From: Saccostrea cucullata
Taxonomy: Eukaryota
Assembly: GCF_032062105.1 (NCBI RefSeq)
Contig: NW_026920581.1
Location: 1,054,001-1,118,000, forward strand
Length of the DNA: 64,000 bases
Direction: 5' to 3'
The notes beneath the pieces are model-generated. The model worked only from the letters and a program-made list of their open reading frames with translations. It was not told the origin of the DNA and ran no database searches. A program made the position numbers and the translations under genes. Numbering within the stretch: the first letter of the stretch is position 1; each line of letters begins with the position of its first letter. Shown in pieces: positions 51,046 to 64,000 of this stretch.

Positions 51046-51051
51046 AATAAA
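51046..51051 (+). terminator. Candidate polyadenylation signal of CASZ1 (3' UTR ~1.65 kb)
   Basis: AATAAA followed by T/GT-rich sequence. Confidence 0.4.
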
Positions 51052-51593
51052 TTTTCTTCTGGGAATCGTTTTATCTTTTGTATTTGTCTAATATTGAGGT
51101 GCAGCAAGCTATTGAATCTGTTCCAAGATTTTAACAGTGTTTAAATGTGGTATGATTTGAACACTTGTTGATTAAGTAAAAATTATATTATTTGACCAAA
51201 CTGGAACAGACTTGTTATTGCTGAATGATGGAAGTTCTCATGGGTAACTGAGAAGAAAACTGTTCAGTCTATTTATTTTCATAATGCATTCTCCTTTTGT
51301 AATTTATATTATGGTCAATTTCTGTTTTGTTTGTTTTTTTGTTGCTGCATCCCAAGTGTGCCATAAATCTTTTGCAAACAGTGTAATGGCCGATATGATA
51401 TAAATTGTACAAAGAAAAACATTAATAATGGGTACGTTTCATTTATAGTTGTTTCTTAATGCGGTATATTGTGATTGGATTCTGTTGCAGAGATTTCACA
51501 ATTTTTTTGCCAGGTAGAAAAATGGATTCATGAAAAGAATTTATTGATGTACATCCATTAAAAATAAAGAATCATCGGACTGAATTTGTAAAA

Positions 51594-52320
51594 AACAAGA
51601 TGTTTTTGTGAAACACTATGCGCCCAGTGGCAACAAAGTTCGAAAAAGCATATTTTTAGCAATAAGTCACAGTCAAGGTCACAAAGTCATTGATCTTGGT
51701 GTCATTTGAAAGAACCTGATTAGTGAAGTATGCATATCAAATATGAAGTCTCTATCTCTCATGGTTCAAAAGTTACGGTGAAGGTTCAAAAAAGCTATTT
51801 TAGCACATATGACAGTCAAGGTCACAGGGTCATTAACCCTGGTGTCATGTGAAAGGGCTTAATTAGTGGAGTATTTATGCCAAATATTAAGTCTCTATCT
51901 TTCATCGTTCAAAAGTTATGGCGAAGGTTAAAGTTTGCCGACAATAAAGCTATGTTTAGCATATAGGTCACAGCCAAGGTCACAAGGTCATTGACCATGG
52001 TGTCATTCAAAAGAGCAATCAGTGGTGTATGCATATTAAATATGAAGTCTCTATCTTTTATGGTTCAAAAGTTATGACGAAGGTTAAAGTTTGCAGAAAA
52101 AACTATTTTTAGCATATAGATCACAGTCAAGGGCACAAGGTCATTGACCTTGGTGTCATTTGAAAGAGCTTAATTAGTAGAGTATGCATACCAAATATGA
52201 AGTCTCAACCATTCATGGTTCAAAAGTTATGGCGAAGGTTAAAGTTTGCAGACAAACAGACAGACAGACAGGACAAAAACAATATACGCCTCGGATCTTT
52301 TGATTCGGGCGCATAAAAAT
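51594..52320 (-). mobile_element. Helentron-type (HINE-like) element with four ~150-bp internal repeats
   Basis: AACAAGATGTTTTTGTGAAACAC end; units starting ~51643, 51790, 51946, 52097 (CAAGGTCACAAGGTCATTGACCTTGGTGTCATT); GACA microsatellite; GGGCGCATAAAAA end. Confidence 0.8.
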
Positions 52321-52543
52321 TGTTGCTTGTCATTACGGTTGTCTTAATCACAACATAATCATCAGAAATTCAAACAAGTTACCTAATTATAAATGTCTCA
52401 ATTCAATTTAGTTGGCTTTGAATTTTGATCTTGAAATTGGCAAATGTTGAATCACATATGACTTCTGCATGTACAATGTAGAAGAATTAATTTCATGCAA
52501 ACTGTGCAAGTTGTTTTAAACTCTGGCCTTTGTAGAGTTGACG

Positions 52544-52770
52544 TTCGTTTGTTTGTATGTTGCTCGAGAATTTTTCACTTATGGAGGCGCCACCACTTGC
52601 CAGTGGAGAGCAGCAATTTTTTTTCTATACTCGGCACGTGAAGCCATTGTGCAGGGAGGGATCTTTTTCGTGCCAGCACATACTGCGACACGGGACCTCG
52701 GTTTATACGGTCTCATCCGAAGAATCGGTTCCGACGTCCCACGCTCTAACTACTACGCTGCGCGGGCGAC
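52544..52770 (-). mobile_element. SINE with Deu/Nin-type core
   Basis: Minus strand reads TAGTTAGAGCG (A-box-like)...TTCGGATGAGACCGTATAAACCGAGGTCCCGTG...AAAGATCCCTCCCTGC...AGTGAAAAATTCTCGAG with a CAAA tail; no clear B box. Confidence 0.7.
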
Positions 52771-53212
52771 GAGTTGGCGTTTCAGATTGGTAGAGAGAAC
52801 ACTATAACCTCTTTTGAAGATGACATAATATGAGTAATGATGTACTAAATCACATTATGATTCACAATTAACTTCAAATTACATTGTACATAGTTTCAAG
52901 TACTAGGAACAGAGTTCTTCTTCCCCAAATGTTTTCTTTAATGCAGATTTTCACTTCAAGCACTATATGATGCCATGCAATATGGCACTGGCATTGCAGT
53001 CACTTTTCTAGTTGCTCTTCTATTAAATGATGAAATACAAGAAATGTTCTTCAAAAAGGTGAAGAGGACAATCGTTTTCATATCTTGTTCTCAAGGAATG
53101 ATTCGTTTATTTTACATCTATGGCAAAGCAAAGCATAGTGAGACTTCATTTCTAAGCGATACGACTCCGTATTATCGCAAACCTTGTACCGTGTGTACAG
53201 TTTTCTTTCTCC

Positions 53213-54780
53213 TTAACAGAAAATATCATAATTTGACAAGTCCATACTGACATTTGATGTATAAAAACCTATTTCCTTATAAAGATCATTGCAAACCAAA
53301 TCCACTTCTTCGATAACCTTTTTAGAAAGGGTGCTTTTCCATGCATTGGCAACATTTCTAGACTGGGTTTTACGGACGTAGAAAGAATCTTTAGCAATCT
53401 CAGGCTTTTGATTTTTAGGTTCTGTTGTAAAAGTACTACTTTTTCCACTGCTGCGAGTGGTGTGGTCTAAGATCCAGTTTTCTGTCTGTTTGGAATATTT
53501 CAATCCAAGAATACCAAACAATTTTGTAGCCACGACTGTTGGATCCGAAACCATACATTCAAAAGTTAATGGCACAACGCTGCCCTTCTTCTGTCTCATT
53601 TCATCCTTTACGAAAAGAACGTCTGAATTCAAAAGATGACACAAATGACGGGCAGATAAGTACATATTGTTGTCATTTACTTCACCAATCTTTCTCCGAG
53701 AGTTTAAAATGCCTAGTGGATGTCGAATCAAATGCACAACTTTTACGTCATGTACAAATGATTCAACTTCCTTTAGAAGCCGTGGTGACAGACGAATAGT
53801 CTTGATCACGCGTGCGCTCGCTTCCTTGCAGGCTCTTTTCCAGCGAGTGAAACACCAGTCCTTTCTGTTTTCATAAAGAACTTGTTTCTTTCGACTCTCC
53901 CTATTTCTCCATAATTGCTTTTTAGACAAAATCGATTTACAACGTCTACTGTACCCACTGGTGTAAGGAAAACTTGTGAAACTCTTTAAGACCTCTAGTG
54001 GCAGGTCAGAGATTCGACAGTCAAAAATCGCCTCTAAAATTGACATAGTTTTGTTCGTCTTGTGCAGTTGTTTGGTCGGTGTACTGAAAATATAGATTTT
54101 ACAGTTCTTTCTTACATTATCCAACTGGTTCTGTTATTATTAAAAATTATTTTACATGTAACATTTTTCTCTGTTGTGATTCTTACTGACAAGTGCCGTT
54201 TCGGAAACAAACTTCAGTGTCCGTGCGGAAGGATTTCTCATACACCGACCAGAATGGCTCGAACACGTAGAAGACATTTCCACCAAACTTCAGAAGTTCT
54301 CCCACGAAGGAAGATCCACTTCTCATGTAAGTCATCAACAAGATTTTGGATACGTTTTTTGGATAAGTTTGATCTGGAAATTTAAAATAAGTTTTCTGCA
54401 TTTTGTTTGGCAACCACGTCGGAAAATAATCCCTTTTTACCTGCCCTGAAGATGCAAACCTTATTTAGTCTTTTTACAGCAAATCCAAACATTGTAAAAT
54501 TTAACTTACGCTGAAGTGTTAACTCTTTTGCAGATATAAATGCTGACATTGGTTCTACTGGCTGGTTGCCATGGCGATAGGTGTTGTTATACGTCTGAAA
54601 CACTTAGAAATGGCCTTGAGTAGATTGTAAAGGTATAAATTGACCAAGATCGTTACAAGAGTAAAAGTTTGGTATTTGTTAAGACCTACCAATGAGAAAA
54701 GTTAGAGCACAAGAGATAAGAAAAACAGCCAAGGTCGCCCAGATCTTTTTCCTTTGTGGTTTCCTCATTGCTGGTAACAT
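53213..54780 (-). CDS. Carbohydrate sulfotransferase, Gal/GlcNAc-6-O-sulfotransferase (CHST1/3/4/5)-like, type II Golgi membrane protein (~413 aa)
   Basis: Exons 54780-54690 (MLPAMRKPQRKK + TM IWATLAVFLISCALTFLI), 54602-54510, 54373-54187 (5'-PSB TYMRSGSSFVGELL, FYVFEPFW), 54083-53213 (VIKTIRL, 3'-PB KVVHLIRHPLGILNSR); 1242 nt in phase. Confidence 0.88.
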
Positions 54781-55041
54781 CTGAAATACGGAAGAGTAAG
54801 GCTTTCGTTCGATTGTTAAGGCCTTTCACTAAATCTTTCATAGCAACTGCATTAAGTTGTGGACATCTGCTGATTCACACAGTGAACAAACTCTAAACCA
54901 TGCCGAAGATCTTTCATAAATATTAAAATACACCACACATTTACAGGAATTTTACGAATGTACTATCTTTCGTTGAACTTCGTCCCAGAAAAGGATACAT
55001 GGACTTAAAGTGATAAGGATCTGATCGACCTCTTTTTCGAA

Positions 55042-58000
55042 ATGGATCTCCATGGTGTGCTAGCGATTTTCGTGGTAATTTTGCATCTCTTTGTAAATGA
55101 CAGCAATGGATTTTTATTCAAAAGAACGATTAAGGAAACTATAGAAGCTCTAAGTTCAAAGATAGAGGACCGGCTCCCAAAGAAGGACACCAAGCCACTT
55201 ATGTTACCATGGACACTCAATAAAGGGACATATGAAAGTGTCGTGAAATTGAATTTTCATGGAACACCGGAAATGGCTGCTATCCGCGAAAACTTCGAAA
55301 TTAACGACAACAACATGTTTGTGACGGCCTGGATTACGGCATGTCTCCTGGAAATCCAAGCTTTAGGTGGGGAATTCAAACCAAAGAGGGAGCAGATAGA
55401 TTTAGCCGTAGAAGCTATAGGTAAGATTCTATCTACTTCGAGAGAAGAAGCTATTTCAGGATGTTTGTTTTGATGAATGTTGGTGAAGTGGCACTTTATA
55501 ATTGATAACAAAAAAAGTATATGTCTGTGTTTTCTTTGTTCCAACCTGTATTGTTTAAATGAACTTTTGAGCTTGCCTAATCGTTCTTTATTTCCATATT
55601 TCATTAGGAAAGTACCACGACAAAAATGTCAACTACAACACATCTGTGATGACGTTTTGGCCACAAATTTACAATGAGACCACCAAGACTTGGCAGAGTA
55701 CTCCAGAAAATCTGTTACAGCTGTTTGATATGACCGATAAGTTCCCGGCCAAGACGGTGGAGGACCTGCTGAAACTTATTGGGCTGAAAGACGTAGCCAC
55801 AGTCATGGAAAGTCTGCTGAAAGAAAAGTAAGTCTGTAAGGGCACGACTATAATCAGACGTACCAGTATAACGATCTTTGTCAGATGTATGCTTTGAGTT
55901 ATAAACAATTAATACAGCGTAACCGGGTGTACTAAACCAAATGTTCCGGAGTAAAATGAATACTGAGATTCTTTTTTATTATAGAGGGATATTTTCTGCA
56001 GCATTCCATATTCCTCCAGACTTTGATGATACCTTTGTCAACATAGGGCTAGGTTCTCTCTTGAAAGGAATCCCCGAGTATAATGACTTGTACAACAAAT
56101 GGAGGGACACAAACTCAAACGTCACCTCTGTGCTGCAGGCGCTGAAGAAATACGCCTATAGACCGCTCTCTAACAACACTCGAGTGAATACCATTGATAC
56201 TCGGACGTACTTCTATCTTCACCGTTATCTGGCGCATGCCAATAAATCGGATGCAGTATTTGTTCCAACATGGGTATGTTTAGAACACGTAGATTCTGTA
56301 ACATAACCATCAATGGAAATTGGACGTGGCTAGATATTTGGACCAACGCTTTTGGTTCGATAATGACATCAGTCAGATCCAGCAAAGCCGAATTTCAGCT
56401 AAGACCGTCTTCTTTGCTTTCTAGGTACAAGATACAGGTGAAGCGTTAAAGCTTAGTGATAAAGGCGTGGCTATGCCATTTTGGGTTAATAACGTCGACG
56501 TCACTGTTGCAACCAATACCATAAATGGTTTGACATCTGGGCTACTTTCTGGTCTTTTTCAACCAAGTGATTTTGACAGCGATATTCAGGTACTTGCAGA
56601 GATGTTACCCATAAAAATACTAATTCAGTCTGTAAATTTGATAATTCTTGTTCTATAGACTGATTCACAAATGAAAATCACACTTTGCTGGTAAACCTTT
56701 CTGACAATTTTATTACAGCACATTTACAGAGATACAGTAGACTTGATAATTTACGAAATCACGAGGAATTTTTCGTCTCGGCGAGACTTGGCACTGACGT
56801 ACTATCCATCTAAGTTTGAATGTTTCTGGTTTACCTCTCGAACGCTGACAACCTTGCGTGACTTTTACCAGAAAGCCCCTCTGCCATTCAAGGTATCGTA
56901 AAAGTTTTGCATTTCACATTTCTCCCATTATAAAAACATATTTAACCCTCTTCAATAAAACAACTTAATATACATTGTTCTTTTTGAAAAGATGCTTGAA
57001 GATGTCATGCAAAAGCTTGAGACCGCCATGAAAAACGAAGTTACAGCTGACATTTTGCGTGAAGCGTTGAAATCCGAGGACGGGGGAATCTTCTTCGATG
57101 ATTTTCTCGGAGATGGTGATGTAAACTCCAAAGGACAAATGATTGTAAATGTTAAAATTGACGACTTTCTGAAAAATTTTAGATTGGTGGATTGAAATGT
57201 TCATTTATTATATTGACCATAGAGAATTCATGAAAGGTAAAAAGTGAGATATCACGACCCAGTAAAAAGTGTATCATTAATTTTTTCTGGTATAATTCTG
57301 TTTACTTGATTAGAAAAATGGAGAAGATAGATTGTTTACAACGTCAATGGCAATCAATACACTTATCAACGTCTGGACAAAATCTACTGATGGTGGACTT
57401 GTTTTACTAGAAGGTGAAGAACTTACATCTAGCTCAAGATAACTTGAGAAGACTTTAAACGAATGGATCTTTTTTATATAAATGATGAAAACCATGTCAG
57501 AATGACCCCTTTTGCTTGAAACAGATACGCCGGTTTCAGTAAACCAAACAATCCAGCAGAGTGTGAAATGGTTAAATGACAACATCCTTGGTACTCATCT
57601 GAAGCCATGGAACGCCTTCTTTTCAGGTTCCGGCAAAGGAATAGAGGTATGCGTATTCAGTGATACAAGCTAGTTTCTATCATAAAAACAAAAGACCAAA
57701 ATTATTTCCAAAGAATGGGGCTCTGAAAGATGCATCATTTGAGAAAACTTTAACAATTTATATCAACGCTAGATTTGCATTCTTGCAATCACTAGAATCA
57801 ATGTTACGATGGAAAATGGTGTTCGCATATGAGGTGATGGAGGAGAAGAAAGCAAAAGGCTTTGCTTTATGTTTGATTGTATATTTCAGAGTATGCCGTT
57901 TTGGTATCCAGCTAATCGAAGACAATATTTAAATGGGACTGGTTTCAATGACACGGTGCTGCCACACGGACCATTTCTTGTGGGTTTCCAAGGAACCACA

Positions 58001-58180
58001 TCTGATGCTGAATATAATCGTCTGCTTGCAGAGCCTCATTTTGGGAAGAAAACCCCTATTGACTTTCGCGGGTTTAATCCTTTAGATTCCCCAACAGGAT
58101 TTTTTCCATTCTGGTCGTCTGATGCATATACTTATTCAACAACAATGTTGGCATTTGCAAAATACCTAAAAATTCATTGA
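55042..58180 (+). CDS. Uncharacterised secreted glycoprotein (630 aa, 9 exons) with terpene-cyclase/prenyltransferase alpha-alpha barrel-like motifs (PDFDDT)
   Basis: Exons 55042-55420, 55608-55827, 55985-56273, 56425-56589, 56719-56892, 56992-57144, 57314-57413, 57525-57646, 57890-58180 (1893 nt, all phases consistent). Signal peptide; 9 N-glycosylation sequons. The gene model is solid; the function is inferred. Confidence 0.85.
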
Positions 58181-58389
58181 TGTATTATAATCGTTTAAAA
58201 GTTGATGTGATTTTTGTACATGTAATGGAGATATTATTATATGAATCTCAAAAAGAAAACAGCTAAAAAAAATGTTGCCTTTCCAAATTATATATTTTTA
58301 TATACATTTTTCTCCAAGCTTTACATCCAAGTCATCAGATGGGTTATGATATTTACAAAAACAAAGAAAATAATTTATCTATCATTCGA

Positions 58390-58715
58390 CTTCGTCTCCC
58401 AAACTATTCGCTACTCAAGAACTAGCTCTGAGTAAAATCAATTTTAAAGCGAGTCAGGCTACTCACTGATAAGTTGAAGTTACAGGGATTTTAAAAGTCT
58501 CGTTTAAAGTCAGCATTTTGTAAATATTATGGTCGTCATAATAATTATCTTGTAAATAATTATAATCTATCTTTAGGTTATGTTTTGGCCAACATGTTTC
58601 ATACCAATTTTTCGGCCTATGTTTTTTAACTGAATTGACTACGGAAGGTTCCATCAATACATAGAGCCCATGGCGGTTGTAACCAGTTATCAGGGATTGC
58701 TTATTCCTCCCGGAT
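58390..58715 (+). mobile_element. Degenerate Penelope-like retroelement 3' fragment (RT C-terminal region)
   Basis: Stop-interrupted FVSQTIRYSR...RLLTDKLKLQGF*KSRLKSAFCKYYGRH resembles the SQLIRYAR...LxxKLxxQGY RT C-terminus of Penelope-like elements. Confidence 0.65.
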
Positions 58716-59589
58716 TGGTTATAAAATAATTTATATGTCCTTGCTTCTATTCTGTCCCATTTTGTCAGGTTCTTTGAAATTTTAAACATAATGGTGTAAA
58801 GTCTCAAAGAATATTAAAAAATCTTTTTGATAAATGAAAAAATTATTCACAGGTCGTTTCCGGTTATAAACGAGGAAGGATTTTAAAGGGTCTATGAATT
58901 TAATTTGTGGCTTGTTTATCATAAAAATGAATAATGTAAATCAAAGAAAATGAAATATCTGAATCTTGCAGTTAAAGCCTGAAAATAACAAGCTAATTCA
59001 GGGAATTCGTGTCCCCCGCTTAGGGAAAAAGTCGGATCCCCCTGACTGAATTTGTAGAATTATTAAATGTATACATGTATACTGAAGCAAATAAAATACA
59101 TGTATGTCAATATATAAAATCTTTATTATGTGTATAGAAGATTCTTTTTATATGGAATATTTATCACACTGTAATGATGATTTTATAACCTCATAAATTT
59201 TTCATTTCACATGCTGAATACTATCATTTAGTAAAAAAAAAAAATAAAAGTATTAAAGAAAAAAAAAGGATCTCCAAATGTACATGTGAAGCGAGAGACA
59301 TACCACTAGATCACGGAATCGCTTTACATGGAGGCAAATATACGCAGAACTGAAGTCACAAATATGTATATATTCATGTTCGGTATTCTCAAAATTTTAC
59401 ACAATCCATGGTGTTTGATTTATTTAGCCTTTATTAAACAGTTCTAATAGATGTAATAAGAACATAAAGTCCGCCGAGAACCTGTTTTATACGCAATAAC
59501 TCTCCTCATGCCCCTGTGCTAAAAATAGCGACATGTAATACTATAAATACTTATTACTTTGAGAGGGGTGAGAGAGGAGGGAGTTTTGG

Positions 59590-60005
59590 TATAAAATTAC
59601 ATTGCATAAGCTCAAAATCTTCTTGAAATATCGCCCGGAAATTTTGTTACACACAGAAATGTACAAACAATTTGACCTTTTGACCTCAAAATATAATTCA
59701 TTAGGTCAAAGTTGTTATATTAAATTTCATAGCAATAGCTCAAATGGTTCTAGAGATATCGTGTGGAAACGAAAGTGTTATAACGGACAGAATTTGCTTA
59801 TTTATGACCTTGACCTTTGACCTCAAAATCAATAGGGTTCTTCTTTAGTCCATAAGGAGTTGCTGTGCTAAATTTCATTGCAAAAGCTCAAAGGGTTCTC
59901 GAGATATCGTGTGGAAACGAAAGCGTTACAGACAGACAGAAAGACGGACGGACGGACGGTCAAACCCAAATTAATATCCCTCACTTTTCAAGCGGGGGAC
60001 AAAAA
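59590..60005 (-). mobile_element. Partial Helentron-type element
   Basis: Two ~145-bp units (TTGACCTCAAAA...GAGATATCGTGTGGAAACGAAAG), GACAGACGGACGG microsatellite, CGGGGGACAAAAA end. Confidence 0.65.
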
Positions 60006-60592
60006 GCTATTTCTAATGTACATGAAGTAAATATAAAATCAAGGAAACATTCAATGGAAACAAAACACATACGATCTTCCCCAAATGTACATCAGTTTCC
60101 AATTTTTCTTGCAAAAAGCATTCTGCTATTTTGCAAAGCGGCCATATTGTTTCAATATGGCGATTTCCTGTTAAAAAAACCTATTATAAAAGGAGGGAAA
60201 AAATAACGACTGAGATTTTTTAAAGAATTGAACAATTTCTTCTTCACATATAATTTCTTCAAATAATTATTTTATGGAGATTTTTCGCAATAAAGGTGAC
60301 ATTCTACATCATTATTGATTTTCAAGTTAATAGATGAAAGGTTAAGATCTATCGTCATTTTCCGACAACACCTCTTCCATCCGTTTCCCTGAATCAGCTA
60401 AAGTTTGCTTCTGAAATACTGGTCAGTGTATATTTCTTCCATCTAAAAATAACTTACTAGAAAACACTATATGTACATTGCAATCATGAATGATACACTA
60501 TTCTAAAATGTGTATAATACATGTATGATTAACCTTCATCTGTCCATTATTTTTTAATTTCAGCACAAATACGTTTCGTTGTGTCCATGCCT

Positions 60593-62917
<2,325 letters not shown>

Positions 62918-63289
62918 CTAGAAATAAAAAAAACAAACAAAATGTGATTTACTCTTATTTTAAAACTACATTTTATCAGTATTCTTCTGCACATTTACTT
63001 AACGATCAGTTCAAATCATCCCAGCTACTTATCGTCAGAATGGTGACCAAAAAGGTTAAAATGCATAATTCTATAATTACCTATATCTACCATAATCATA
63101 TTGTGTATTCACATCTTCTATAGTACGAATTATTTCTAAGAGCAAAGTACATTAGTAAGAAAAATTGGCCTTTCCTCCAAAATTGAAAATAATTATATAG
63201 ATATGATTGCAGAATGTACACTTCATAAATATATTAACAGTTTTTATCTATCTTTTATAGTTAAGTTGAAATGACCCCACCAAAGATTG

Positions 63290-64000
63290 GATGTATTTTA
63301 CTTGTATTGTAGTCAGGCCTCCCAATGTATAATAATAAGGCTTCCACTTGTATTGTAATAAGGCTTCCATTCGTATTGTAATAAAGCTTCTACTTGTAAA
63401 TTGTAATAGGGTCTCTACTTGTATTTAAATAAGTCATCTACTTGTATTGTAATCTGGTATCTACTCCTAATGCATGACTATATTTTAAATTTCAAAGAAT
63501 CTATTTCATGATTTTTTTTCTATATCATTTTGTAGGATATCCTAATGCATGACTATATTTTTTGTAATAAGGTTTCCACTTGTATTGTAATAAGGCCTCT
63601 ACTTGTATTGTAATCAGATATCTACTTGTATATTGTAATAAGGCTTCCATTCGTATTGTAATAAGACCTCTACTTGTATTGTAATCTGGTATTTACTACA
63701 TGTATCTATTTGTAATCGTAATAAGGCCTCCAAGTGTATTGTAATCAGGCCTCCACTTTTATTGTGATAAGGCCTTTGTCTACATTGAATTTTTTTTTGT
63801 TAATTTGCAACAAGTCCCCCAATATTATTCGAATAAGTCCCCCACTAGCTTGTATTCTCTCCACTTGTATTTTAAAAGGGTTCCCACTTGTTTCTAATAA
63901 TGCCTCGTGCTTTATTTCAATAAGACCTCCAGTTATACAGTATAAGTCTTCCAAAACAATTCTGATAAGGCCTCCACTCGTATTGTAATAAGGCCTCTAC
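63290..64000. repeat. Degenerate ~23-bp minisatellite
   Basis: Unit approximately CTTGTATTGTAATAAGGCCTCYA, repeated with decay to the window end. Confidence 0.8.

Noticed and set aside
54441-54445. 5-nt micro-exon (AG|GGCAG|GT) in the sulfotransferase
   Set aside because: Flanking exons already join in phase; inclusion would frameshift, and the flanking introns would be very short.
63734-63988. ORFs at the window end as TMEM26 exon 1
   Set aside because: They translate a degenerate 23-bp minisatellite, with no TMEM26-like N-terminal sequence.

Overview
AT-rich eukaryotic genomic DNA with GT-AG introns; the repeat content points to a bivalve mollusc, probably an oyster (inference). Layout: (1) 1-12.2 kb is a ~2.0-kb tandem macrosatellite ending in a diverged monomer interrupted by a PIF/Harbinger-like element with nested SINEs. 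(2) A 3-exon secreted Kazal protease-inhibitor gene (-, 13992-17306) is invisible to the ORF track. (3) LRRC23 (-, ~19.5-26.9 kb), with one garbled exon, lies head-to-head with castor/CASZ1 (+, CDS 30978-49402, 9 exons, ~1631 aa, 12 castor-type zinc-finger repeats); RFX X-box-like sites cluster across 26.9-37.3 kb. (4) A Golgi carbohydrate sulfotransferase (-, 53213-54780) lies head-to-head, 261 bp apart, with a 630-aa secreted uncharacterised protein (+, 55042-58180) carrying a class II terpene-cyclase-like DxDDT motif; this pair is the most intriguing candidate system. (5) The 3' part of TMEM26 (-, 60593-62917). Helentron-type elements, MITEs, SINEs, Tc1 and Penelope-like remnants and mini/microsatellites are interspersed. 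All gene models were spliced by hand from GT-AG sites and phase; family assignments come from motif recognition, not database searches.
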